Position numbers and translations under genes: made by a program | The notes under the pieces: generated by a model | Told to the model about the DNA's origin: nothing | The model's database searches: none | What the model saw: the letters and a program-made list of their open reading frames with translations, nothing else | Shown here: piece after piece, positions 50,235-61,281 of the stretch | Numbering within the stretch: position 1 is the first letter of the stretch | Layout of the letters: the number at the start of each line of letters is the position of its first letter | Assembly: GCF_000315625.1 (NCBI RefSeq) | Contig: NW_005434464.1 | Coordinates: 6,181 to 70,180 of the forward strand | DNA: 64,000 nucleotides | DNA from: Guillardia theta CCMP2712 | Taxonomy: Eukaryota > Protista > Cryptophyta | Direction: 5' to 3'

Positions 50235-53200
50235 TTAGAAGGAGAGCAATGGCGATAGTTGTCGCACCGCAGACAAGACAGTCTCCAGTCTGTGAGCTAT
50301 CTTGAGGACCGTTCGTCCCTTGGAGGCCTCCTGAAGCGCTGGAATCAAGTTAGAGGAAGCGGGTGGGTGGGAGGGAGCGGCACCTTGTTGAATCAGAAAT
50401 TCACTCTCGTGGTCGAGAGAGCTTGTGGCCTTTGATGATGAGATGAGAAGGAGAAGAGGAGAAGAGGGAGAGGTTGATGGCAGAGGGAGAGGAGGGAAGC
50501 ACAGGAGCAGGTGCAGGAGCAGGAGTAGGGAATATGCGGGAGGGATAGAGGAGGAGGAAGTGGTGGTCGAGAGGTGGAGACGGGAAGGGGAGGACCTCAT
50601 CGAGGATAAGAATCTTCGGATCTTTGATCAGTGCGCGAGCTAGCAACAGAGTCAGACTGCTTTCAAACGTTTCTCTCTATCCTAGATTCTTTTCCTCCAT
50701 TAACTTCTTCGTAAACTTTCTATTTCCTCTACCATACATCCCTTCCTCTCCCCACTGCCTCCCAAACTCACCGATGGCAATTCGTTGCTTCTGCCCTCCA
50801 CTGATTTGAATCCCACGATCCCCGACGAGAGTCTCGTAGCCATGAGGAAAACTATTTGAACCTTCTAAGACCTCGGACGAAACTTTTCCTGTCTCTCACC
50901 GACTGACAAAGTCGTCGACATGCGCAGCTTTTGCGACAGCTACCACCTCCTCGTCCGTTGCCGCCATCTTCCCGTACCTGGCAGATTCTGATCTAAGAAG
51001 GAAGGCAAGCACATGTAGCAGAACTTGATGTTTTCAGCGATGGACCCACTTAGCAGAGCTGCATCCTGTATTGATTGTGAGCTTGCTCGGAAACCGCCAC
51101 ACCCACAGGGAACCTGCGGCACAACTCCAACGATCGTTCGCAAGGCGACAGGAGACATTCTACTGATGTCCATCCCATCGATGAGAATTTTTCCGCTCTG
51201 TCTCGCTCTCTTACACAAACTCGAGACTCTCGCAGCCATACCTGAGGGTCGTACAAGCGAGTCAGGAGGACACCTAAAGTACTCTTGCCGCTTCCCGAGC
51301 TACCGACGACTCCGACGACCTGCCAGTCAGTCACGACAACATGAGAGGGTGTAATGGTGAAGATGGCGAGTTGCCTGGCCGGCCCCGACAGAAAGTGAGA
51401 TGTTGTTCAGTATCTTGACATCGCGGCTGATCACGAAAACTTTCAGTCGTGCAAAGTTCGGGTTTAACGCACGCGTACCTGGGGTAGCTGAAGCTTACAT
51501 TCTGAAACTCAACTTGCCCCCTTATGCTCGATATGTTTACATCTTCCCGATAGAACGTCACAGAAGTTACACATAACACTTGCAAGCAACCATCATGTTT
51601 CGCTGAAGCCGGGGCCTGATTGTCAATGATCTTGCAACATCATCTTTCAAAGAAGAGTTCTTCTAGCAACAGCAACCAATCACCTCAAAGATCCTTTTGG
51701 CTGCCCCATCCGCCCTCATGAAATCTGCATAAACTGTCCCCAACCCTCCGAAATTGAATCCTGTCAAGACGAAGTTTATGAGAAACAACAGCAGATTTGA
51801 GAGCAAACCCGTGAAGATCGAGTATAGCAGGAACGACGTCAAAGCTCCTGCTGTCATGTGGCTGGACAGGACAAGGTGCCCGCCATATCTGTGTGTACAC
51901 TTTCTCATAACAAGAGGGGAAAGCAAAGATTGCTCTTGTCACCCGAGAACTGCTGCCAAAGAAATGTTCGAGGCGATGTGAATCGACGATCCCATGAGCG
52001 AGTTTGCTATTCCTACACTAATCGATTGATCCCTGCAAAAACATTGCTGGAGGTAAATGCAAATCAAAGTTCGAACGGTAAAAGCACCTTGACAAATCGA
52101 CCAACTCCTTGTATTTGTCAGTTTCATAATCCTCTCTAACAAACTGAAAAAACAGGCATCACAATAATCGCATCGCGTGAGGGATACCTAAACCTGCCGT
52201 ACAAGTCTGATATTCGAAAAAACTTCCTCTGCTTTTGCAATCGAAAGTGCCAGCGTGTCTTGAACCTGAGAGATGAACGTGTTCTAAGAGGAAAATTCTA
52301 CATATTTCTGATCACCTCAGATTGTTTCTTCTTCATGAAGCGGCCGATAGCAACAGCAAAGATTGCACCGCAAGGCAGAACCTGATCTGCAAGATGAGAA
52401 CAGCAACAGCCTTGATTATGATGCACCAGTAGTGAAACAAAGGCCAGTTGTGGGGAAGTGTAAATCATCATACCGACTGAACCAATGGCCATTCCTGAGG
52501 ACATTGTTGGAACCACGATACAAGTCAAGAATACTTTGAGCGCAGATAGATAAGGCGTGTTCTTTCACCTCCAGACCGCAAAAGGTTGGTGATGTTGCTG
52601 GTGATTGCTTTCTGGACAATCTGGACATCTCCTGATAGTCTTCAGAGCAAAAACATCCATCAAATCTTCTTGGAATCGTGACAGTGTATTCAGACCTCCC
52701 AATAAGTTCTCCAGTACTTCTGGTATCAAAGAAGGAAGTATCGTGCCGCATCATTGCAGCAAATGTCTCCGTGCGCAATCTGACAAATTCCCGTCTTTGA
52801 CATCTGACGAGGATCACGCAAGAAAAAGTGCAGCTCACCTGGCAGCAAACCTCTCCCCCGATATTGACATCAAACTGTCTCTGATCGACATGAATATTCC
52901 CTGGTTGCAGCACGTCATCTACCAACAGCACTGCATTATGAGCCACCTGGATGAAGAAAAGTCCAAACAATGCTCCCGCAACCAAGAGCGGGCTGACCTG
53001 ATCTCACTATGAGCAACTGGATGACAACGACACAGCATACGGATGAGTTGGCGTTGGTGGAAATGTCAATCAGCTGCGTGGGACGCGAGCGAAAGTAGTG
53101 AAGTTAAGGAAGGATAAGTTGCCAACATTCAGTAGATCTCGTACCTGACCAACTGCAGAGGGAAAGAAGAGAGTGATGGGAGTAGTCAAGAGCAATGTTG

Positions 53201-53717
53201 AGAGCGCGAGCGAAATCGTTTTCATCTCAGGGCCTAGAAACTGTCAGAAAGATCAAAAGAGAAATATGCACAAACCTAAATACTGAGATAGTCGACGCAT
53301 GAAGCCTGACGGTTTTCCAAACCCTGTTGCTATCTTTGGACTGTTTGTTCTCACAGAAGTTATAGAGCTCAATGTAGATCTTAAAGCTTCTTTGATGATT
53401 GATAGAGTGTTTTGGTAGATGTAAGTCAGCTCCTGCTGTTCTCCGTGACGTCGATCTGGACCGACCGATAATTGACGACGGCAATGGAATGTAGAGGCAG
53501 ACTGATGCGGCAGAATGGGGGTTGAATACCTCACCCTGGTTCTAACACAGATACTGAAAGCGCCAATGGAATTGGCAATGAAGGCCTTTGGTGGGTTCCA
53601 GGTCGAGCAAGGGGTCTGTAATGGCATAGCATACAATCGAAATATTGATGGGAAGCGACCTTTTCTAGTGAATGAACCCACTAGAGAGAAAGCACACGGT
53701 TTCATAGCGTTATGCAT
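50235..53717 (-). CDS. ABCB-family half transporter (ABCB10/Mdl1-like), many introns
   Basis: TM-domain [33 protein letters not shown]; [16 protein letters not shown], Walker [10 protein letters not shown], signature [11 protein letters not shown], Walker B ILILDEATSSLD, IAHRL. Ends approximate. Confidence 0.88.
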
Positions 53718-54462
53718 CTGCGATTCAGATTGAAATCCTCAACTTTTCCTCTTCTGTTCCTATCTCCAATGCAAGATGATATGACTGTCTTCGTAGTATC
53801 AAGACTGTTTACAGCACTCCTCCTCCTCCTCCTCCTCCTCCTCCTCCAACTGTTCTCCCTGGGCTCTGCATTGATCCCTCCTCCCCACTCATGGAGGCGC
53901 ACTACCCACCCCTGAATTGTTGCATTTGAATATGATGGAACCAGGGGTACTGGTAGAGATTTCAAGACCTTCATCACCACCTACCCTATACTTACATATT
54001 CCACGAAGGGGTAGGGGTAGTCTAAACAATGGTAGTAATTTTACTTATTGCGGACTGATAACCCCTACCCATCATTTCAATTTGAAGTGGGAGGGTGGGG
54101 TGATCGAGTTGTTTTGGCGGGAGTAGAAGCCACAAACTTTTCGACGCATGGCTTGTGCAGCAGGGCGCGACAAATGGCATGCAAGAGAAGAGGACTGCAA
54201 AGTCACATGCAAGACTGAACAATGCGGGATAGGATTTGTTTGATACAAGAAGCATATTTCTTCTTAATTGTTTTCAGGTAAAAGTATCTGCTCTTTCGAG
54301 ATTTTTTAAGTGTAACAAACAAAAACGTGCGGAGCAAGGAAGACATTCAATGCATGTGCTTGACGCAAGTTGGAATTGCTAGTAAACCAAAGATGTGATG
54401 ATGATCTAGAATGCTTCTAGCTCAGGGTTCTTATACTTGTTTCTTTGGAGCCTGGACAGAAA

Positions 54463-55442
54463 ATGCAATGCAATTATCCCTCCTGCCGTTCGGATATGAC
54501 TGGAACGGAATTCTTGATCACCTCATGCGGTACGAAATTCCAAATGTTCCGATACAAGATCTTGTAATGATTGTGTGTGCGTGGGTTTAGGACATGCTTT
54601 TTGTTCAACATGCTCCGATGCGATATTACGCAATGCAAGATGCACTTTTTGTGAATGTTCCTTATCCAATGAAGACGTATCGACATGCGTTCCAAATATC
54701 CGAGGACAGAACTCTATGGCACTTTGCGGGTGGGAAATGTGTTATATTCTCTTTCAAAGTTGAGAGATGATTTTAGCTATGATCCCTCAACCATTCTTGC
54801 ATTGAGTGCAAGGTTTTGCTTTGTCAAACTTGATTTAAGAGGAATTGAAGTTTATTCAGAGCTCTACAATTTTGGGATGACCAATCTTCATTGCGCATCC
54901 AAGCAGAGCATGAAAAATTTGATGACCTTGGCAAAAAATATCAGAAGCTCAAAGCTACTATGACAGAAATGCATGCAAAACAGGTGACAGTAGATGTACA
55001 AGCAGTACGAGCTCTGCAAACTAACAGTTGATTAAGGTCTCTGCCGTGAATATATTGCAAGCAAAGATCAAAGCTCTGGAAAAGGAACTGGAGGTAGAAA
55101 AGAATTCAAATATCGGACTGCATACGAAGTTGCAACATGAAGCGAGACAAAAGAGAAGGTTAGAAGACGAGTGCGCCCTTCTGGACCAAAGGAGATGGAT
55201 GCGACACAATTTCGTTGGTAAACTCACATCATCCTCATCGTTCTGATCATCACTGTTATCCCTCGTATTCTTGCAATCTTAATCATTGTTGTCAAAGTGA
55301 TCTTTTCAAATGATTTTTTATTTCAGCCACAGCCCTCCGACCAAAGGCAATTGAAGCTGGCAAACCTACAATGATGACCAACAACACCAGTGACAACATG
55401 CAAGGGCAGGGAAACCCCGTTCGATCATTCAGGCCCAACTAG
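54463..55442 (+). CDS. HEI10/CCNB1IP1-like (Zip3 family) RING + coiled-coil protein
   Basis: Spliced N-terminus MQCNYPSCRSDMTGTEFLITSCG|HAFCSTC...CTFCECSLS, then MALCG|YDPSTILALSAR|GI and a coiled coil (LQAKIKALEKELE...RQKRRLE). Intron 54530-54590. Confidence 0.7.
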
Positions 55443-55650
55443 TCACAGGAGCGAACTCAGCAGGAGGAGCAGGAGGAGCAGGAGGAGCAGGAGGATAGCA
55501 TGCTGAGCGTGTTTAGATAACAATCTTCAGTCTGTGTTCTATTCACCAGCCCGATCTGAATTCACCTCCACCCTACCCCCTCAATTGACCCACATGACCC
55601 CACCCTTGCATACGCTCACCTTCTCCCCTCCATTGGCGTCTCCGACGGGC

Positions 55651-57950
55651 ATGCGCAGCTTCAGCAATGCCGAGTACGAGGAGGCGAAGCGGCGGGTGAG
55701 GCGACAAACACAAGGCCCTCCTCCTACCAGCCATGCAGGAGCTCTTGATAGAGCCGGTACCAGCTTCGAGCCTCGCTCCTCTCCTCCTTCCTTGCTGTTC
55801 TCTTTGGTACCACCATCGGTTACGAACACCTCATCTGCCATCCTTTCCTCGTCCTCCTCCTCATCATCTTCTCCGCCCTTGAATGCTTCTTCGCCTTATT
55901 ACCTTTTCTTCTTCTTGACCTTCTCGAATCCTCACGTCGCGGCTGCCTGCCCTTACCTCGCCCTGTCCCAACTTCACTCCCTCGTCTGCTGTCGCAGTTT
56001 CTTCCTCCCGTGGTTCTGCTCTGCCTGAAAAGGTTTCAGGGACGCCCAAGGCAGAGCTGTATGATTTTGTGTTGGTGCTGCAAGCTCAAGTGAAGGTAGA
56101 GAGGAGACTTTGTTCTGACTTCATTCGTAACCATCAACCACAGGAGCTTCATGAAAACATCATGACAAGACTTTCGTCTCATACTCAGACTCAATCCTTG
56201 TTCAATGTATCTTTCTTCTGCACTGCTTCCCCTCACGATAACAAGCTGCTGACAGGCTGACTTCAAAGAGATTCAACTCCACATTGACAGGCTGATCATC
56301 AACCAGCAAACACAGCAGGAGAAGCATGTAGAGATCTCTTGCATGACGAGCTCAACTCATGAGTGTCTGATTTCAGGAGCGGGAGATTTCAAAGTTGGAA
56401 GCAGAAAAGCAGAGCATTCTCGATGGTTTTATCTGAAGAAAGTTCTGCCGCTAGTGTGATGAGCTCTCAGATCTGAAACGTGAACATGTTGAAAACTTGA
56501 AGACTATGCAACTTGGGCACATGAAGCAAGTCCAGGTGCTGAGGGTGTGCGATTTTTTGGTTTCTTTGAGAGAAAAGTGCAGGATATGCTGGAAAAGGAA
56601 GAGGAGGAAAGGAAGCAGTGGGAAGAAAAGCTGCGCGGTGAGAAGGAGTCGTCGCAAGAAAACTTGATCGAGTTAGAGAAGCGGTTGCGAGCGATTCATG
56701 AGAACGAGATGGACGATATGGAGCAGAGGCACGAGCAACGACTGGAAGATGTAGGTGCGTTGTAACATGGCGGTCTGATGACGAGAATGTATCAGTTGAA
56801 GGAAAAGCTGCTGAAGGAGCATGAGGAGGACAAGCAGGTGATGGTTGGTTGCTCAGCCTCCTTGTGCTCATGCCGTCCGTACTAGAATGCTCTGAAAAGA
56901 CTCGAAGTTGAACTTGAACAAGACTTTGAAGCTCGATTGGAAGCAAACAGAAGGTTTGGATGTAGAACTTGATCTCTCACTCTCCAATAGTTCAATCTTC
57001 ATACAATTGCTGCGGCGGATTGTTGCTCTTTGCCTTCAAAGATGCTCATTTTTGACTTGAGCTTCAGCAAACTCGAGGAGGAGCATCAGAAGAAGTTGAT
57101 GCATCTGCGATCAGAACTCAGCCAGGCCATGAAGGAGCTCAACGACGCCAAGTATGCTTCGTGCATGACAAGTGCCGTAATGTGGCATGACCACTGGCTC
57201 AGGTCAAGGCTAACGCAGGAAGTCAACTCAAGAGCCCAACAGATGGCGGAGGATGAAGTTAGGATGGAGAAGCCGCGTTGGTTGCAACCTGATCCTCTCG
57301 CAGATCAACCGGCTCAATGACGAGCACAACTCCTTCCTCGTCTCCCACAGACGGTTCAGCCGCCTTGAGGTCGGCTGCTTGCATGTCAACCCCCCCCCTA
57401 CCCTTCCGTGCTGATGCAACACAACAGAGAAAGGAGATCAAAGAGCTCGTGAACAAAGTGGACGCCCACCAGCTCCAGCTCGACGTCGTGTGCGAGAGAG
57501 TGCGGGTATTCTACTCCATGTCTTCCTCCATTTCCGTCATCCTCACACTCTCAGGATATGGTGGGAAGGCACAGTCAGCAAGTTTCGACCATCAAGGTGA
57601 TGGTGGAACAGTTGAGTGTAGCAGAGAGTGAGGGCGGGAAGCAGGACGAGTCTCGGCGACTGATGGAGGGGGTCAAGCAAGCTTATCTAGAAGAGCTGCG
57701 CATGTTCAACCAACGCATGCGGCAAGTGATGGAGGCCAAGGAGACCAAGGAGGTGAGTGGGAGGAGAAGGGAGGAGAGAAATAGGGGAGCGGAGGGGAGC
57801 GGAGGGGAGCGGAGGGGAGCAGCTGACCTGGAGGTTTAGAAGCGACTGCGAGGGCAGCTCAACGACTACAAGCAGCGGCTGCACGAGACAGAGACGATTC
57901 TAGCGCGGCAATACCGCGAGATGGAGAGTTTCAGTGTCGAATTGCTATGA
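55651..57950 (+). CDS. Coiled-coil protein, multi-exon, unknown family
   Basis: Successive E/K/Q-rich heptad exons separated by short GT-AG introns. Confidence 0.5.
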
Positions 57951-58165
57951 CGCATTCAAACCAGAAATTGATCTTGTACATTAAATCATGTTCTTGTCTT
58001 GTTGTACACACAGTGCGCAAAGGTGAAATGCTCCCAGCATCCACATCATCGGTCTTTTGCATTAAATCATGTTTTTGTATTTTTTTTACAAAATAGAGAG
58101 GAAAAATGTACAGTTTGCAACAGCCACTCATCAAAACTCTGGGCTACAACGTACCGAGCAGATTC

Positions 58166-59210
58166 TTATGTGCTCATGGCCAAGGAGATGCCGAAGTGAC
58201 GGTCATCAACGTTGTTGGTGTCAACCTGGAAGCCAGCGTTGAGCACGCTGCCCTTGTCGACCTCACGCTTGTATCCAAGGTTGAGGATGCCGTCGGAGTT
58301 GATCTTGCCCTTGACTGAGGATCCAGCGTCCACCTTGTACGAGGCACCGAGGGCAAACTTGTTGCCGTTGGTGGAGAAGGTTCCGGCCACATCGAGGTCT
58401 GAGTTGATTGACTGGGTGTAGGTTGCCTGCACATCGTCGCCCTTGAGGCCATTGACAACGGCGCTGGCCTTGAAGTTTCCTCCGTTGTAGGTGGCAGCGA
58501 TGGTGGGATCTCCGAGGGTTCCCGCAGAGGAGTCGTAGGTGGCAAACCCTCCAACCTGGACGTCTCCAGCCTGGAACACGGCACCGGCCTCCAAGTTCTT
58601 GCCCTCTACACGAGCGTTGCAGGTGAGGTCTCCCTTGCTGTACTCAGCAGCGACGCTGGGAGCCGGCATGTCCTTGATAGAAGATCCTCCCTTGAGGGAT
58701 CCTCCCAGGGTGAGTTTCACGCCAGAAACGTCGGCCTTAGCCTCTCCCTTGATAGTGCCAGATCCATCAAGATTTGCCTCGATGTCAACACCCTGGTAGC
58801 TGGTGGTGGCCTTGAAGGTGCTTGAGATCTTGTCAGCAGCGTTCCTGAGGAAGGTAGTCTTGAGGCCGATTCCTCCATTGAGTCCGGACTTGGAAGTGAT
58901 CTCGAGCTTGTTGTCGGTGGAGTAGCCAGAGTCCAAGACGGCTGCGCGTTTTATGTCAGGCAACACGACACACATAGCAAGAGAAAGTGAGAAACATCGC
59001 ATTTCACATGGAGGAGCTGAGGATTTTCGGGGGAGGACATTCAGGACAAACTTCGGAAAGGATCCGCGGACAAAGCTGGGGGACAGATCAAGAGGACCAA
59101 CCTGGAGCCTTGACAAGGTCCTTCCAGACAGGAGGAGCTCCTCCTCGAAGGCGGAGCTGGGATGCGGAGCAAGCGGCGGCGGCGCAGAGGAGGAGGATGG
59201 ATCGGCGCAT
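58166..59210 (-). CDS. VDAC: VDAC-family eukaryotic porin with a 24-aa N-terminal extension; exons 59210-59102 and 58941-58166
   Basis: APPVWKDLVKAP|AVLDSGY matches the VDAC N-terminal helix; beta-strand alternation; C-terminal YKVDAGSSVKGKINSDGILNLGY...HFGISL. Confidence 0.88.
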
Positions 59211-60987
59211 GGCAGTGGGGCGACAGAGGATGCGAGTGAGGGCGGGCGGAAAGAAAAGGGGGGCCGAGGGAGGACCAAAAGGGGGTGGGGTATGACCCAT
59301 GACCCTACTATTTGACAGAGATTCTTTGTGAAAGTACGGGGTATGGATAGGGAGAGGTACAGTGCATGAGACCTTGAGGGGTATTTGGGATCGATTCTTT
59401 CGACGGGTGGGGTGATATGACCCACCTGTGAAATACCGCAATAGGTGACTAGAATGTAGGGGTTCTGAACAGTGTTTCCTCTGCAATTCTTGTTTTTCAG
59501 GGGGTGGGGTGAGCGATTGGGGCTGGAGTGGAAGGAGGTCGAGGATAGGTGGTGAAAAATGAGGGGTAGTGTAAGAGAGTGGTAGGTGGTATAAGCATTG
59601 GTGTGGTGTATTGGTTCTCGGGGTGGGTAATGTATAGAGAAATAACCGGGTAGTCTAATTGAAACTTATAAACTCAGGGGTTCAAAATGATTGGAATTTT
59701 CCTGACCTGGGTGGGTAGTGACTTATACGGTCAATGAATAGGTGGGGTAGTCTGAGGTACAAAGAGGGAGGGGGGCGGATTAAAAAGAAAAGATCCTCAG
59801 GGATTGACAGGGGTGGGTGGGGTGGTGGGATTTCAGTAGGAAAGGGGGTGCTTTTACCGAGGTCTTTTCAGGACGGGCTGTTTTTCCAACAAAATCAAGG
59901 GTAGGGGTAGGTCCTACAGCGGGGGCTCTATTGGTATCCAGGTCCAACTGGAGGGGGTACTAAAATTGACTAAAAAAATATTACAAGGGGTACTGTTGAG
60001 GCAGAGGTATTGGGTGGGTTACAGGTAGGAGTACGGGTACAGAGGAGTGTATATGGAGGGGTGGTGATGCCTTGAAGGGGCCTGTGCTAGTAGAAGTGCC
60101 GTTACCCCTGGCTGTGTTTGGTGCTTATGGAGGGTGGGGTAATAAAGCTAGAAGTGACCTGGGTAGGGTACTTAAATGAGGGGTCATGGGTAGCAATTCG
60201 CTAGCCTGGGGAGAGCAGGTACCATAGAGAGATGATTATCCAATTCACATAATGATAAATATGCCCAGCCTATCTGTGTAATAGCGAATAGCTGAAGGTA
60301 CCATGGGGAGGAGAGATGGAAATAAGGGGTGGGTGATGGATACTGTACGGGTGGTTGGTCGAGATGCGGTGGGCTCTAAAAAAATAATCTTTGACATGGC
60401 CTCAAAAAAGAAAAATAACCCGGTCCACTACCTCTGGATTGCTGTGAAAACCTGGGGTGGATCTGATTAGACACCCGTCAACATTCAATGGACCTCATTG
60501 CCCTTGGATTGATCACCCCTACCTACTGATTGCTAACCCCTTCTACCTCCACTCCATGGGGTAGGTATAAATATAAAATCAATTTTCGCAGAGGTCCTAG
60601 AAGGTGGGTCGCTTCTCTATATCCTCCTAGAAAACACCCGGCAAGATAGCACCTATCCGGACTGCACCCACCCCTCAAGTACCAAGGAGCCGGTTGAATA
60701 CAGGGGGGTGGGGTCCAATTCCTTTGCGGCCGGCCTCGGGGGTAGCAATAGGAGATACTAGAGAGATAGGGGGCCAAGGGACCGAAAAGAAGAGCTTTCC
60801 GATGATAGCTGGTCGTATTTGCACGAAACGACTTGATTTCACATTTTTCTTGTTACGGGTAAGGAATAACAAGTTCGCCTCAAATATATCACAATAAATA
60901 TCAAAGGACAGCAACATTGGTGTGCAGTTCTTTGTTGGGAGGAGCGACCACTTCTCTCAGGCGGGCACTTCAACAAAAGAGTGCGAT

Positions 60988-61145
60988 TCGATCCGGGGAG
61001 TCTATGGACCCCCTCTACTGTCTTAGTGCCCTCGGGTTCTAAAAAAGGTTGGGGTGATATACACCTTGACCAGCCGCCGAGTTACTCGTTCAAGACCCCT
61101 GCTGATATATATACCACTATGCCTCCAATTGTCCTGACCATTTGC
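60988..61145 (+). repeat. Diverged ~158-bp partial copy of the inner end of the long inverted-repeat arm
   Basis: Matches about 63263-63421 directly and about 61829-61987 inverted, with a few substitutions and indels. Confidence 0.9.
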
Positions 61146-61281
61146 TCCTCATCCTGCTCTCTTTCTCCCCTCAACCCGCAACCCCCCCCCGTCTCCCCCT
61201 CTCCTCTCCCCTTCCCGCCTCTCTTCAATAAACAGCAGGTTACCATTTTTATCCCTCGTATTCCACATCTTGCGTGCCTAC

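Noticed and set aside
58942-59425. Long N-terminal extension of the 419-aa ORF on the porin
   Set aside because: Read-through of the intron and upstream DNA; the true first exon is in another frame (59210-59102).
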